A stretch of 42,444 nucleotides of DNA from Oopsacas minuta (taxonomy: Eukaryota > Animalia > Porifera), in NCBI GenBank assembly GCA_024704765.1, contig JAKMXF010000077.1, positions 219,001 to 261,444 on the forward strand, written 5' to 3'. The notes under the pieces were generated by a model, which was given only the letters and a program-made list of their open reading frames with translations, ran no database searches and had not been told where the DNA came from. Below are positions 11,538-24,841 of this stretch, piece by piece (the stretch's first letter is position 1; each line of letters begins with the position of its first letter). A program made the position numbers and the translations under genes.

Positions 11538-12692
11538 TATATCAGAAAGAAGTATATGACGATGTTACTTACCAATGTACTGACTAAATCCCTGAAAACT
11601 TGTATAATTTTGTATTTTCTAGCCATATTTTCTCATTATAGAGAAAATGAGGTAATCAAATATTAAAATGCAAATTGCACAAAATTCTAATTAGATAGAA
11701 TGTTCCTGATAGCATGTTTGAATTCTGCGAGTGAATAAAGTTTGCAGGAGATCTTGTTGACTTATTAGGATTCTCATATTTGTGCCACATGTGACACATC
11801 TAATATACGGCGCCACTTCGTATCTGATTACAAATCTTGCAATAATCAATTAATTTACAACTATATAAATATTTGCAAGTCACTTTGGTGAATCTCACAA
11901 TAATTTTCAAATCCATTCTGGTGCATATATTCTAGCTATATGCCACTTCTGCCACATGCGGCACAAATATTCAAGTACCAATACGTCAATGAGTTCTGCT
12001 CAAAACAATTAGAAATATTCATATAGGGGCAATACATACACGTAGAATACAAATATGCTATAAGCTTCTATTCAACTCATTTGAGCTTTGTACAACTATG
12101 AATCGAATATGTAATTCGCTCATTGTCTATATAATGAGCAAAGTGTCTCTAAAATATCGAAGTAATATTTCATGATTTTGGCCAGGAAAAATGTAGTTAT
12201 TTCAGGAGTATTCTCGTATGGATATTCAAAAATTCGCAGTACAGACAGGATAAGAAATTGTATATTTTGTTATGTTGAATTAATTATGCTCGGTTAGTGT
12301 ACATATTCATTTCATCAGAGGAATGTATGAGCATTTCATCAAAATTTAAACGCTTTTTTGAAAAAACTACATGTATCATGATACGATTAATTGTCAAAGA
12401 TCTAATTTACTTATTACCTGGATAGAAACACCCTAAAAACTACTATATTATCATCCAAAATAGGATATAACGTAGTCAGATGATGATATGGCAAATCTTT
12501 GAGAAGACAAGGGTGTACGCGGATACAATATTGATAGGAGTTGGTAATAATTCCAGCGTCAAAATAGTTAACCTGTTTAAACCATATACTCGCAATCCAT
12601 AGTGAATAATAGTTGTGAGTCCTGTATTACGAAGTTCCGTAGTTCACGCAGTAAATGACGCAGAGTGGTCTCAAGTTTATATTTAATGTACT

Positions 12693-12883
12693 CAGGGCTG
12701 CCGTTATAGGGAGTCTTGGGGGCACAGAATTTCTAAGATTCCACCTCGACGAGGTGTAAATGATATTATTATACGTCTGCAGTTTCGTGGTACAACATAT
12801 CTACAGAACTGAGAATTAAGAAGTGGAAGGGGCCTCGAACTATCATTTGTCCATGGGCCACCAAACACCCTGTGACGCCACTG
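12693..12883. mobile_element. Possible small hAT-type MITE remnant
   Basis: Ends CAGGGCTGCC and GACGCCACTG with GGGCCC-rich subtermini. The flanks AATGTACT and AATGCATA match only 5/8. Confidence 0.35.
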
Positions 12884-13146
12884 AATGCATACATAAATTA
12901 TGTCAACATTTACACAGGTACAGTATATATTTAGCATAAATTTACCAACATATGCTTGTTGATGCACATTAAACAGGTAACATCGGTATCAATTTACACA
13001 GAAATTTAGAATTATAGTATTATACGTACCATTTTCATATTATAGAAGTATTTAGTTATGATGGTTCAAAGAAATATTTATAATAGTTTATCCAGAGCTA
13101 TTTTAATCTAGGAGCTTAAAACCCCCTAAAATACGATCATATTATC

Positions 13147-13668
13147 CTAGGCTGACCAGATGTCAAGGTTTTTCTGGATAGTCCAGCAATGGCCTACTTA
13201 ATATATCATGTAGGCCATGGTCCAGGATTTTAGACGCAGTTTGCAAATGGGATTAATCATGATACTTTCAATTTTGAATTAGATTAATACCTAATCAGTC
13301 ATAAGAAAATGAAGGTTGTTATCTGAACTTTTGTGATAATAGGTCTATTTGCAATGGCTCTAAGTCGAACATCTGATTCTTCAGCTGTAGAGAGTGTATT
13401 CTCTATTGCGAAATAAATCGGGATTCTGATAAGGCAGCTTTTAATTGACGCAGAGTCACGCACTTGCATCAATGTTGATAGCTAAATATAACCTATATCT
13501 TTCATCTACAGAAATAATATATTAATACCTTAAGCAAGAACTTATTGATTATTTAAAGTTAGGTCAGAATTGCTTGCTTATAATTTTAGTACTTATACAT
13601 TTGGATGTACTTGTATTTAAGTACATAAATTTTACGAGTACAAGTAATTGTACTTGAACCTAACCCTG
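13147..13668 (+). mobile_element. Internally deleted hAT remnant(s) with a dimerisation-domain fragment
   Basis: SDSSAVESVFSIAK (~13370-13415) resembles PASSAxxERVFS. TIR-like TAGGCTGACCAGATGTC on the left, AAGTAC repeats and ...GAACCTAACCCTG on the right. The ends may belong to different elements. Confidence 0.45.
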
Positions 13669-14228
13669 ATCATTACTGTCCAGGAATGTAATAAATCTGT
13701 ATGGGTCTTTATATATTTGTATGTCGAGAATTAATTGAAGATACTGGAGTACCCCAGGGCTGATTTTTGGCATTCAGGGGTATTTTGGCCCTGGCTCAGA
13801 CAAGCTAGAGCATTAGGCAAAGAATTCACACCATGGACGGATCAAAGATAGCATTTGGGGGCTGCAAATTTAAAAAGTAAATGTCACTTTCATTTAGCTA
13901 TTTGTGAAATGTACGGGGTCTGATTCGGGGCATTTTTATATTAAATATTCGTAGAATATATGGTGTAAATTAGTATGTCGTTTAATTGTGTAAAGAAAAT
14001 AGTCTAGTGAGGACAAAACAATGGCTTAACGAAGATAAACAATTGATGCAATCAATTTCTCAACAAACACTAGACATTTAATTCTCTTAATCAATTTCAT
14101 GACATTAGGATAGAATTCAGGGTTCATGTTATTAAATCAGAATCAACTTCAGTAAAGGGGTGATATTCCAATATCTCTCTTTGTAAAGAAATTTTGTTAA
14201 TATTCAAAACCACAGAATAACGTTCAGG

Positions 14229-17200
14229 CGTGACCTACCTTATAATAAGGCCTGTTCACTAGTGCGATTTTTTGGACCATGGATGTCGTTTAAGTCCATT
14301 AAATTTTATTTCAAATAATCATGTATTTGATGTTATTCACCCAAATCGTGAACTCGAAAATTGTTCTTAAGCGATTTTGAAGACCATGGATGTCGTTGAA
14401 GGCTTGTAAAAAGTATTTCTTAGAAACCCATAATATTTATATTAATTTATGAATCAACCTTTTTGTTACAATCAATTTATTGAATCAATACATTTACGTA
14501 CTCACCACCCGTTGTACCTTGTCCTCTTGTACTTTTATCCTAAGTTGTTTAGACAACTTAGCTTTTATCTCTATAATGCCGCTCTCCACCCTGTTCTATC
14601 AGTTATGTGCATTTCTTTAATCTACCTCTCGATTTCTCCTTTTTACACTTTCAATTAGCTTGTCATGCCCAACAGGTGTTCTGCCCCCGGATGTCGGAGT
14701 AATTACGCAGGAGAACCTTATACTCCAGTATTTAAGTTGCCAAATGGTCCACCTGATCTTGTCAACGTTGGCTTCGAGCGCTCTGTAGAGAAGGTATCAG
14801 AGACTTAAAGAATGTGTTTGTGTGCTCAAAACATTTCCTCGACGAAGAAATTCAGACCAGTTTTTCTATCCATCAACCAGATGGAACATACTTGGAAGTA
14901 CCAGCTAAGCCTAAATTGCAGAAGGATGCAGTGCCAAGATTTCTACCTGGATGTCTACTTCATCTTTCTTCGTCATCTGACACCATACCTCCGAGATTTG
15001 ATAGATCTTTGAGAGAACAGCATTTGATTGATACTGCAATAAATGAGAGTCTATTACAGTATAACCAAGACAAAGAACTTTTTCAGATTACCACACTGGA
15101 AGACTTGGTATCCAAAACGAAGCACTCGGGTTTGCCTAATCATTGGTTAGTTTGGTCTTCTGATGATAATTCCTTTAATTTACTCAAACCTTCTATAACG
15201 AATAACAATTTGATTGCAATTAGATGCTCGTTAACTATTACCGAAACATTACATACTATGGGTTTTTACGAAGGTATCCGCATTCCTCTTTCTCTCACTC
15301 AGATAAATGATATTCGTCAACTTAACGATTTGCTTAAAGAAATTGAAAACCATTCTGCCCCTACTAATTCTCCTGAAACATTCCAACACCATGTCAGAGA
15401 AGCAACCGGAAGCATTCGTAAAGCTATTGACTCCCTTTCAACTGGAGAAGAATCTGGAAACCAACAGCCTCTATTATCAAGTCTTCAGTTTATTCTATGC
15501 CAATTGGATAACGCTTTGATCGCGAAAACTATGAGGCGATACAACATCGAAACTCTTGTCTTGTCCCTCAAATGCCAGCTTATCTCGCCAGTTTGTTATA
15601 CATATCTTCAATCCCTGGACTGTCTATCATTGCCGCACCTTTCTACTCTAAAGCGCTTATATTCCAATTTTGGTTTGGATTCTGAGTTTACCAACTATCT
15701 CAAACAATCAGTCACTCAGTTTAACAAATGGGAACGAAATGTAGTGATTCAGATGGATGAAATTCATGTAAAATCCACATTTACATACAAAGGAGGTAAG
15801 ATAATTGGATCTTCTTTGAATCCTACTGATCCTGCAAAAACCGTTTGGCCTTCATGATATCAAGTTTGTCCAAACGATGGTCCAGTATTGTCCGTTTACT
15901 GCCCTGTTCCAGCTCATCTGCTGAGGTACTCTTTCCTATCATCAAAGATGTTATTCGTGATATTGAAGCATGTGGACTCTCTGTACACGTTTTATGTACT
16001 GATAATTACCCGATGAACGTTAACATTTTTAAGTTATTTTCTCCCAGCCGACTTCTAGAGCATATTGTTCCTCACCCTATGGACTCAAACCGGCCATTGT
16101 TTTGCTTTTTGACTTCGTTCATATAATCAAATCGATACGTAATAACTGGCTAAGCCAAATAGATTATAATAAAAACATTCACTTATCCAGATTTTGAGAA
16201 CATACAAGTTGCGAGCACTGCAGTTTTCGAAGAAATTCGCAAATTATATAAAAGTGACCAACACTCTGTTGCTAAATTAGCTCCAAGATTAACCTCTAAA
16301 GCTTGTTGGCCTTCCACTTTAGAACGACAAAATGTTTCTTTAGCTTTAAGGATATTTGATGAATCTACAGCCGCTGCATTAAACGTTAGCTACCAATCGC
16401 GATACCAAGCTTCTACAAATTCACAGACTGCAGACTTTATTACCATTATTTGTAATGTTTGGAAGATATTCAACATCAATACTCCGAACAAGGGTATCCT
16501 TCACAAAGATGAATTTTCAGTTCCACTTACCTACAATGATACCAGATTTATGTTCCTTCAACGTGTAGTTGATTGGGCTGAATGTTGGCGAGTCATCCCT
16601 GACAAAAGAGGTAAATTAAGTCCTCAAACCTTTACAAGTTTCCGTCACTCTTGTATTGCACTCCGTGCATTGTAAACCATCTGACTGGAAATTGTGGCTA
16701 TTCGTACGTCCTTTCTTCGTTCTTGCAAAATGATCCACTTGAGCATCATTTTGGCTTGTATAGGATGATGTCAGGAGCACAATACCACATTAGCTATTGC
16801 CAGGTCCTTGAAACAGAACGGAGAATAAAGTTGTCCAGCATACTCAAATTATTTTCGAAAAAGCCTGTAGAAGATAGCATATCACTTAAGAACTTCTTAG
16901 AATCGTGCTCATCCTCTTGTGACCAAGACCCCCATGCGTCTTTCAGCTTGGAGATGTATCTCTCGGCGATTCAGGGATATTCAGGGATAGAATTAAACAA
17001 GCAAATACTCCAATCACTCTCCTTATAGCAGGCTACTCAGTGCATGCCTATTACAAACATTCTACTAAATGTCAATCATGTCTCTTATTCCTCACTGAAA
17101 ACAAAGAAATGGAAATTGAAGAACCTTCAGATTCTGAATATCGATTAATTCAGATAATCGACCGAGGCTCACTAAAATGGCCAAGTAGTGATGTCATAGA

Positions 17201-17850
17201 CGCAATTATTACGCTATGGAAAGTATTCTCTTCTATCGAGAGTCAACCAAGCATATTCAATAACATAATAACCGGTCCTTCTAGAAGTATCCTGATACAG
17301 TTAACAATAAGTCTTATAGAAGATGAACAAGCTGAAGTATGGAGAGTGCTGTGTGACGAATGTGGTACACTCATGTGGGATGTATTAGCTAAACTATTGA
17401 CCGCTACTTCAAACTGTCTTATATCAAATAAGATTAAGTACATGAATTCCCAGCTACCCTTGAAACCGTGTGTCGAAAATACTCGAAAATTAAAGAAATT
17501 GAAGCCTAATTAACTTATCACATACCACTTTAATATACGTATCTTTTATTTTTTTTGTACTATTATCAGGCACTCACTATTTGAAATATGCTTAGTATTA
17601 AACCCAATAATATTTTCTTTCATGGATTCACATTTTAGTTAATTTTCTCTAACTATAACATTTATTGTAAAAATAAGGACTTAAATGTATCCATGGTCTT
17701 CAAAATCGCTTAAGAACAATTTTTGAGTTCACGATTTTGGTGAATAACATCAAGTACATGATTATTTGAAATAAAATTTAATGGACTTAAACGACATCCA
17801 TGGTCCAAAAATCGCACTAGTGAACAGGCCTTATTATAACGCAGGTCACG
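14229..17850 (+). mobile_element. P-superfamily DNA transposon 1 (3622 bp)
   Basis: Perfect 7-bp TSD GTTCAGG (14222-14228 and 17851-17857). TIRs of ~163 bp (14229-14391 and 17689-17850) with about 6 differences. Encodes a THAP-P transposase. Confidence 0.95.
14665..17513 (+). pseudogene. THAP-domain P-element transposase (THAP9-like), frameshifted
   Basis: THAP zinc finger MPNRCSAPGCRSNY...FKLP...W...VFVCSKHF. Catalytic-region motifs QMDEIHVK, LCTDNYPMN and LQNDPLEHHFGLYR, plus ERQNVSLALRIFDE. About 950 codons with several frameshifts (~14775, 15850, 16100-16200, 16670, 17025). Confidence 0.92.
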
Positions 17851-20800
17851 GTTCAGGTTATTGTTTCAGAATGCTAAAATTCAATTAATCCTTATATTGA
17901 GAATATGCCCTGTCCAGATCCTTGAATATGTTGATAATGGGGATTGAAAGTTGCTTATCCAACGCATCTGAAATGAGATTTCGTACTTGATTTGTGATAC
18001 TGTTAAGAAATTCAGCAGGTAAATTTAGGAAATAGTACTATTTTTGGTACGATACACGGTGTTCTCTACTGTCAAAGGTATAGCACATTTTCACTTAATA
18101 TTTCGGCCGTTTAAATATCATCAGATATAAATGCGGATTATTTAGATATTCGATTGTTTTCTTAGCCATAGACATTTGGTGAATTGCATGATATCAATTG
18201 ATACTCTTTGATTAGAGGTAAAAAGAGAGCTGGTTAAAATATCTAACACTATATGTAACAATACGTTAGCAAGATTATATCTACCATCAGCCAATTTATG
18301 ATATAAATCCGTGGTAGTTATTAATTGCCTATCAAATCTTTAGCCCTATAGGGTAATGTGATCAGAATTACTTGATATTCTTTGTAAACTGTGTCTACTA
18401 GATTATAACAAGAAGCCCATCTAATATCATATCTTTTGAACAGTTTCTTATAATTCCAGTTGACATTATTCGAAAAAATCGGTATCTATATTTGGTTAAA
18501 AAATGTGTAAAGTGAGTCTAAAGTACTAATAAAATCTTTAGAAGATTATTTTTTAAAGAGATTTGCAATTATCAGTTTGATCGATGAGCATTACAATGAA
18601 TGTAAACTAGCCATGGGTGACATTTGTAATTCGAGCTTGAACACCACTAACATGTCCGCTCATCACGCTCGCACCATCCATTGAAACAACTACGAGTGTT
18701 CCAGAAGATTGTAGCATAGAAATAATAACTTCTGCTTCATTAGATAGACTTAAAGCATCAAATTCTCCAACATGTGAAAATCGAAGAAATATCTCATTGG
18801 GTAAGAACCCATAGTAAAATCGGATGCAGAAACTAAGTTGTTCAAGTCCGTTATTATTTTTGGACTCGTCCATTAATAATAAATAAAATAGACTACTTTT
18901 TACTTTATCGCCTCTTCTCCTTCGGACTTCAGATACCATCAATGAAATTAATCATCGTAAATAGTCAAACTAAGATAATCTACATGCATGAGTATGACCT
19001 TTAGCCTTCTACCTGGCATCCCTGAAATCTGTATTTACTTTAAAATTACCTCCATTAATTCACTAAAATTCCCTTTGTTAAGAGAATCTGAAGTTTCGTC
19101 ATCTCTTCTAAAAGGCATTTCTTGTACACAGAAGTAACGAATGTATTCCAATAAGATATTAAAATATACAACACTATTCTCCATTATACCTGGCCTATGT
19201 GGGTTCAACCTTGATGCAATCGAAATGTGTTTGTGTAATATTTGGTCTCTATATTCTTGCCACTTAATCATTCTAGTTATATGCTCCGATGATGTACTAC
19301 CAAGCCCTTTGTCCTCGAGATTTGCTTTTCCCCAATTATCAAAGCAGTTTTTAACATAAGTTGTTTCGCGTTTGTATGGGCTAAAATATACCCATGGGAA
19401 ACAATATATTCGATTCACAGAATACCTATAGCGAATCCAAGGGTAAGTATCATACCAACCACCCCGTAAACCATTACACTCGCGATTTCAAATTTATTAT
19501 CAAATATCGCCTTGGGGTACGAGGAGAGAATTGGCTGAGCAGGATTAGTATCCTTCATTTCCATATCCATAGGATTTTGTGAATACAAGGATGAATTTCA
19601 TTAGGGTCAGTTACATTGTATGCTGCCAGGATGATGCTTGTCCATTCGACTTGAAATCATACACCCTTGCCTAACCGAATGTTCATCAGAGAGGAGTCTT
19701 CAGAGGAACTCTGACTAGATAGAGAGAGGTAGTAAATAGTAGTCGGAGTAACAAAGAAATTTCAAGACGTTGTCTTTTCATTAAGCTAATATGATTGAAT
19801 ACATTGTGAATGAAATTGAGATAATTAGAAATAATTTTCAAACTCCATAAACAGTCTCATGAAAAGTTGGGGAGGGGGGTTTGCGCACCCCCGCTTCCCA
19901 CCAGTAGATCCGTGTCTGATTACACCTATGAAGAAATGGGACATAATTGTCACCTTTTCCATTCTCGAAAAATCACATTGTTAAACACTGATCAGCAAAT
20001 ATAAGTGATAGAAGTTTGATATTTCAATCTCTCAATGTGACAAATATCCTGATGTCATGGCTCTGAACAAAAGCAAACTTAACATGGGATTATTATGTCC
20101 TCATGACAATACAAAAATGAATATTTCTAAAAATTCCAGAAATTCGGAATACCTGAGGTATCAAGAGCCCAGATACTAACCAAAAACCAAGTAGCAGCTT
20201 CAGTATTACCACAGGCCATTAATGGAATTATGATGGACTATGGATAATACAAAAAGCGACTCAAAACATCAAGATATTTAGCTATTCAATACTGAAGCTA
20301 AGCTGAGGAACTAAGCTATCGCTTAGCGACCTAGCAAGCGAAGGGTGCTAGTTGGTGGTAAATCGATATCCTAGGAGCATAGTTAATACCCCACCATGAA
20401 GTCTTCGTACTAGATTCCATTTAAAACGATATAATATTTGCCAAAGTGAATTAATGTAATTTCAAAACTTGTCATTTATTTTATTACTTACTCGTGTGAG
20501 TTTGTATAAGACAATGACGGTATAATCAACACACTATATTAACTCAAAAGCATTGTTATATAGACTTGCTCATGACCTACGTAATATAAGGCCTGACTAT
20601 TGTGCATAGAATTACCTACCATGGATTACTTAAAGTGCATTTGTAATTCACCCTAATTGTAACATGCAAAATTGACATTATCTGAATTGTTGAAATTCTG
20701 TTTCAATCACTTCTCTTATATAGGTATATATATAATTAGCCCGAGATTATGTTCACAAGCCTTTCGTTATTTAGGATTTCACAATTTTATCTTATTCTGC

Positions 20801-21364
20801 AATTCTGTTTCATCACTGATTAGCATTGATGCCTAACACTTACTCTGCACCTGGATTGCCGGAGTAATTATTCAGGGGAGCCATATACACCAGAATACAG
20901 ATCACCCTCAAACTCTGAACTTAGAGAAAAATGGCTACGCGCGCTGCACAGGGAGGATATTGAAGATCTAAAAAACGTATTTGTTTGTTCTAACCACTCT
21001 CGTACTGAAGATGTCATCACTGAAATGGATATACCTCAACCTGATGGCTCATTACAAAAATTTCTCGGCGACCAATTCTACATAAGAACGCTATACCTCG
21101 TCTTCTTCCCAGTTAGCCCAAGTATCTTAGCTCACCATCCCCGAAGCCTGAACGTTTAGATCGTGGGAAGATCGAGAGTAAATTGTTCTTTCAAGCTTTA
21201 GAACAGAGCCTTGATCTTCATAAAGCTGAGGATAGTAAGTTCGGTGTCAAATCATCAGGAGAGCTAAAATGTAAACTCGAAGAATTTGAACTACCTTCTT
21301 CTTGGGATAAATGGTTTTCAGATGACACGTCTATTAACTTGTTAAAGCTGTCAAAAAGACAAAC

Positions 21365-21385
21365 ATATATATATATATATATATA
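21365..21385. repeat. (AT)10 microsatellite
   Basis: Direct reading, inside the P element 2 transposase. Confidence 0.95.
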
Positions 21386-22975
21386 AAAACCAGCATATGT
21401 TTCAATTAATGACTCCTTAACACCTACAGGCTCCTGTAAACATTCAGATTCCTCTCACAATGCACAATCTCAGTGATATTCGAGGAATCGATACAATCAT
21501 CAGCGAGGTTTTTGCATACACTAAGGACCCTGTTGAAAACTGTATTCGCCAAGCAACTTCTAACATTGAAAGTACGATATCGAAGATAGGAATTTCGAAC
21601 GATATGCTAGAGAAATATTCAGAATTGTTACGCCAGTTAAAATTTCCACTGTGCCAGCTTGAGAATACACTAATTCCCAAAATCGAAGATGGTACAATGT
21701 TGTTACAATGGTGCTAGCTCTAAAATCTCATTTGATATCTTCTACCTGCTACAGCTACTTATAGTCTTTGAATTGTTTAATATTTCCCCACCCAACAACT
21801 CTACGTAATCTTTATGGGACTATAGGCTTAGAGTGTGAGTTGCAAACATATTTGAAGGCTTCTATTGCTAATTTTAATAACCAAGAAAGGAATGTTACAT
21901 TACATATGGATAAAATACATCTCAAATCAGAGTTTTCTTACACAACTGGGAGAATACTCGACTCTTCGACTACACAGAACGAAGCAGCCAATACAGTTCT
22001 AGCATTTATGATATCAAGTTTATGCAAAAAATAGTCTACAGTTGTACGACTCCTACCTTGCGCAAAATCTTCAGCTGCTCAAATACTACCTATTTTACAT
22101 GAAGTGATCAAGGATACACATCATCAAACCAGTAAGAAATAATTGAATAAATCAAATCGATTCTAATCACACGTTAAGCTGTCCTTCATTCGTATCTCGC
22201 GAATATACTTTAAAGGTACCATTTCAAGACCTTCGGAATCTCTTTAAACTTGAGCAAAATTCTGGCGCTAAAACAGCCCATCGATTAACAACCAAATCTT
22301 GCTGGCCATCTTGCCTTGAAAGACAGGAAGTTAATTAAGCACTTCTCATATTTGACGCTCAACATCTCCAGCTTTAACAGTCTATGCCTCTAAATATGGC
22401 CAAGTTTCAGAAATAGCTCGGTTCATTAGCCTTATTTGTAAAGTATGGAAGATCTTCAACATTAATAGCCTAATAAAGACATCCATCTAAATGACGAGCT
22501 TTCTATGCCACTACAGAGTAATGACACTCGATTTGTATTTCTTTCAAATGTTATGAAATGGCTTGATAAATGGAGAACTTTACGCCCAAAAGCACGGAAA
22601 ACTCACTGCGCAAACCCTTACCAGGTTTCGCCATTCGGGTATTGTCCTTGAAGGGATAGCCAACCATCTTACCAAAAACTGTGGTTTTGCCTATGTTCTT
22701 AGTTCTTTCTTCAAAACGACCCAATTGAACATCGCTTTGGGATTTACCGAATGATGAGCGGTGCCCAATACAATGTTATATTTTGCCAAGTTTTGCAAAG
22801 TGAGAGACTAATTAAGATTTCTGCAATTCTGAAGTTGTTCTCCTCTAGTACTCTGGGTGAGAGCTCAATCTCATTAAAAGAAATTTCATGTTATTTTCAA
22901 TCTCCAAAGAATCTAGCAATGACAATATAGTCGATTTGGACCCCTATAACAGAGTGTTCAATGAAGAGGAGACAC

Positions 22976-24841
22976 TAGGCCGGATCGAGAAAAATATACA
23001 TCGTCGCTTCAACTTCTACCCAAGGCAAAAGTTGCCTTTACTCTTTTCTAGGAAAATGCGAGACATAAATTTGAAAAATATTTCGAGTTGACCCTTGCAG
23101 TTTTATATTTTGCTGTGTCACTTTCGCAAACTTGACTTTAAATTGTCCGAATTTTCTAATTCCTTTGACTTAGCCCCGTTAGATATATTATTTGGTAATA
23201 GTAAGACGCATATTTGCTTTCGAATGGTGTATTAGGCTAATTTCTATGTCCAAGGTTACTCAAGTTATCAAGATATTTTTGCATATTCTATCATACCCTA
23301 ATAATATTACCCACCTCCTTTTTTCTGAAGATTTGCAAATGCATAATTCTTACAAAAATAGCTATATCCTCACCAAACTTAGTATAATTCTGTATCTAGA
23401 TCCAAATTCATCAATAGATTACCACAAAGAAATTTTACCAACTTTCCTTATCTCTTGCTCTTAACTTAGTTACCATTTATCTGGCATGGAATTTATGGTC
23501 AATTATTGTATCTGAATAAAAACTCACTCAAATGACTCATATTATAGAATGATTATATTCCTATAATTTATGTAATTTTGAATATGGTAGGATACACGCT
23601 TAGTATTGTAGTATTTCATCCTGTTTTTGGTTATCCTGGACTCATCCCAGAAAATCTACTCCCAATAAAACTAGATCTATATAATCATTATAGTATGCTT
23701 AGAAATGAAGATTCTAAATTAACTAGAGATGATATAGCGAAATAATTACCTGAAGTATTAGTGCGTATCTACAATTTGGCTTCCATACCCACGAAATCAG
23801 AGCTCCAAATATAACAGTACATCATTTCTGAAATTATCGAGAGAGCAAAACTTTTTGCTTCTTGAATTTGGCATTTGTAACTTGAGACGTCGACAAGACA
23901 TTGAATTCGGAATTATAGGCTGGATACGAGGATATTGCTTGTTTTGGATACTTTTTCTGTAGTATTTAGATCTCTCAATAACATCAGAAATGATGTACTG
24001 TTATATTTGGAGCTCTGATTTCGTGGGTATGGAAGCCAAATTGTAGATACGCACTAATACTTCAGTTAATTATTTCGCTATATCATCTCTAGTTAATTTA
24101 GAATCTTCATTTCTAAGCATACTATAATGATTATATAGATCTAGTTTTATTGGGAGTAGATTTTCTGGGATGAGTCCAGGATAACCAAAAACAGGATGAA
24201 ATACTACAATACTAAGCGTGTATCCTACCATATTCAAAATTACATAAATTATAGGAATATAATCATTCTATAATATGAGTCATTTGAGTGAGTTTTTATT
24301 CAGATACAATAATTGACCATAAATTCCATGCCAGATAAATGGTAACTAAGTTAAGAGCAAGAGATAAGGAAAGTTGGTAAAATTTCTATGTGGTAATCTA
24401 TTGATGAATTTGGATCTAGATACAGAATTATACTAAGTTTGGTGAGGATATAGCTATTTTTTGTAAGAATTATGCATTTGCAAATCTTCGGGAAAAAAGG
24501 GGGTGGATAATATTATTAGGGCATGATAGAATATGCAAAAGTTTCATGATAACTTGAGTATCCTTGGACATAGAAATTAGGCTAATACACCATTCGAAAG
24601 CAAATATGCGTCTTACTATTACCAAATAATATATCTAACGGGGCTAAGTCAAAGGAATTAGAAAATTCGGACAATTTAAAGTCAAGTTTGCGAAAGTGAC
24701 ACAGCAAAATATAAAACTGCAAGGGTCAACTCGAAATATTTTTCAAATTTATGTCTCGCATTTTCCTAGAAAAGAGTAAAGGCAACTTTTACCTTAGGTA
24801 GAAGTTGAGGCAACGATGTATACTTTTCTCGATCCGGCCTA
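22976..24841. mobile_element. 1866-bp non-autonomous hAT-like foldback (near-perfect palindrome)
   Basis: Arms at 22976-23844 and 23971-24841, with about 21 differences counted by eye, and a 126-bp spacer. Termini TAGGCCGGATCGAG and CTCGATCCGGCCTA. Perfect 8-bp TSD GGAGACAC (22968-22975 and 24842-24849). Confidence 0.95.

Larger units (their letters stand above)
9537..12528. mobile_element. Old non-autonomous foldback element (long diverged TIRs, TA-flanked) carrying two nested insertions
   Basis: 9545-9757, 10070-10162 and 11590-11795 align in order with the reverse complement of 11951-12528. Examples: GCGTACACGCTTGCCTTCTCAAA vs GCGTACACCCTTGTCTTCTCAAA, and AACCGAGCATAA in both arms. TA at 9535-9536 and 12529-12530. 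Confidence 0.7.
13832..19918 (-). mobile_element. ZMYM1-like (DUF4371) hAT element, degraded, split by P element 1
   Basis: NCFDNWGKA...SSEH, MPFRRDDETSDSLNKGNFSEL, LLMDESK...EQLSFCIRF and SMDGASVMSGHVSGVQARI (18600-19420). The C-terminal EFYPNVMKLI...VYLR lies left of the P insertion (~14030-14130). Ends CAGACACGGATCTA (19918) and CATGGACGGATCAA (13832). Confidence 0.7.

Noticed and set aside
20320-20362. Possible Helitron 3' end (GC-rich pseudo-hairpin followed by CTAG-T)
   Set aside because: The hairpin is imperfect, and there is no 5' TC end or Rep/helicase sequence to support it.
22888-23464. ORFs 22888-23091 and 23192-23464 inside the palindrome arm
   Set aside because: Low-complexity AT-rich frames with no motif; the first is a P-transposase/foldback junction read-through.
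23845-23970. Treating the palindrome as a CRISPR-like or hairpin-read artefact
   Set aside because: There is no repeat-spacer array. The 8-bp TSD, arm differences and unique spacer fit a real insertion, pending read support.
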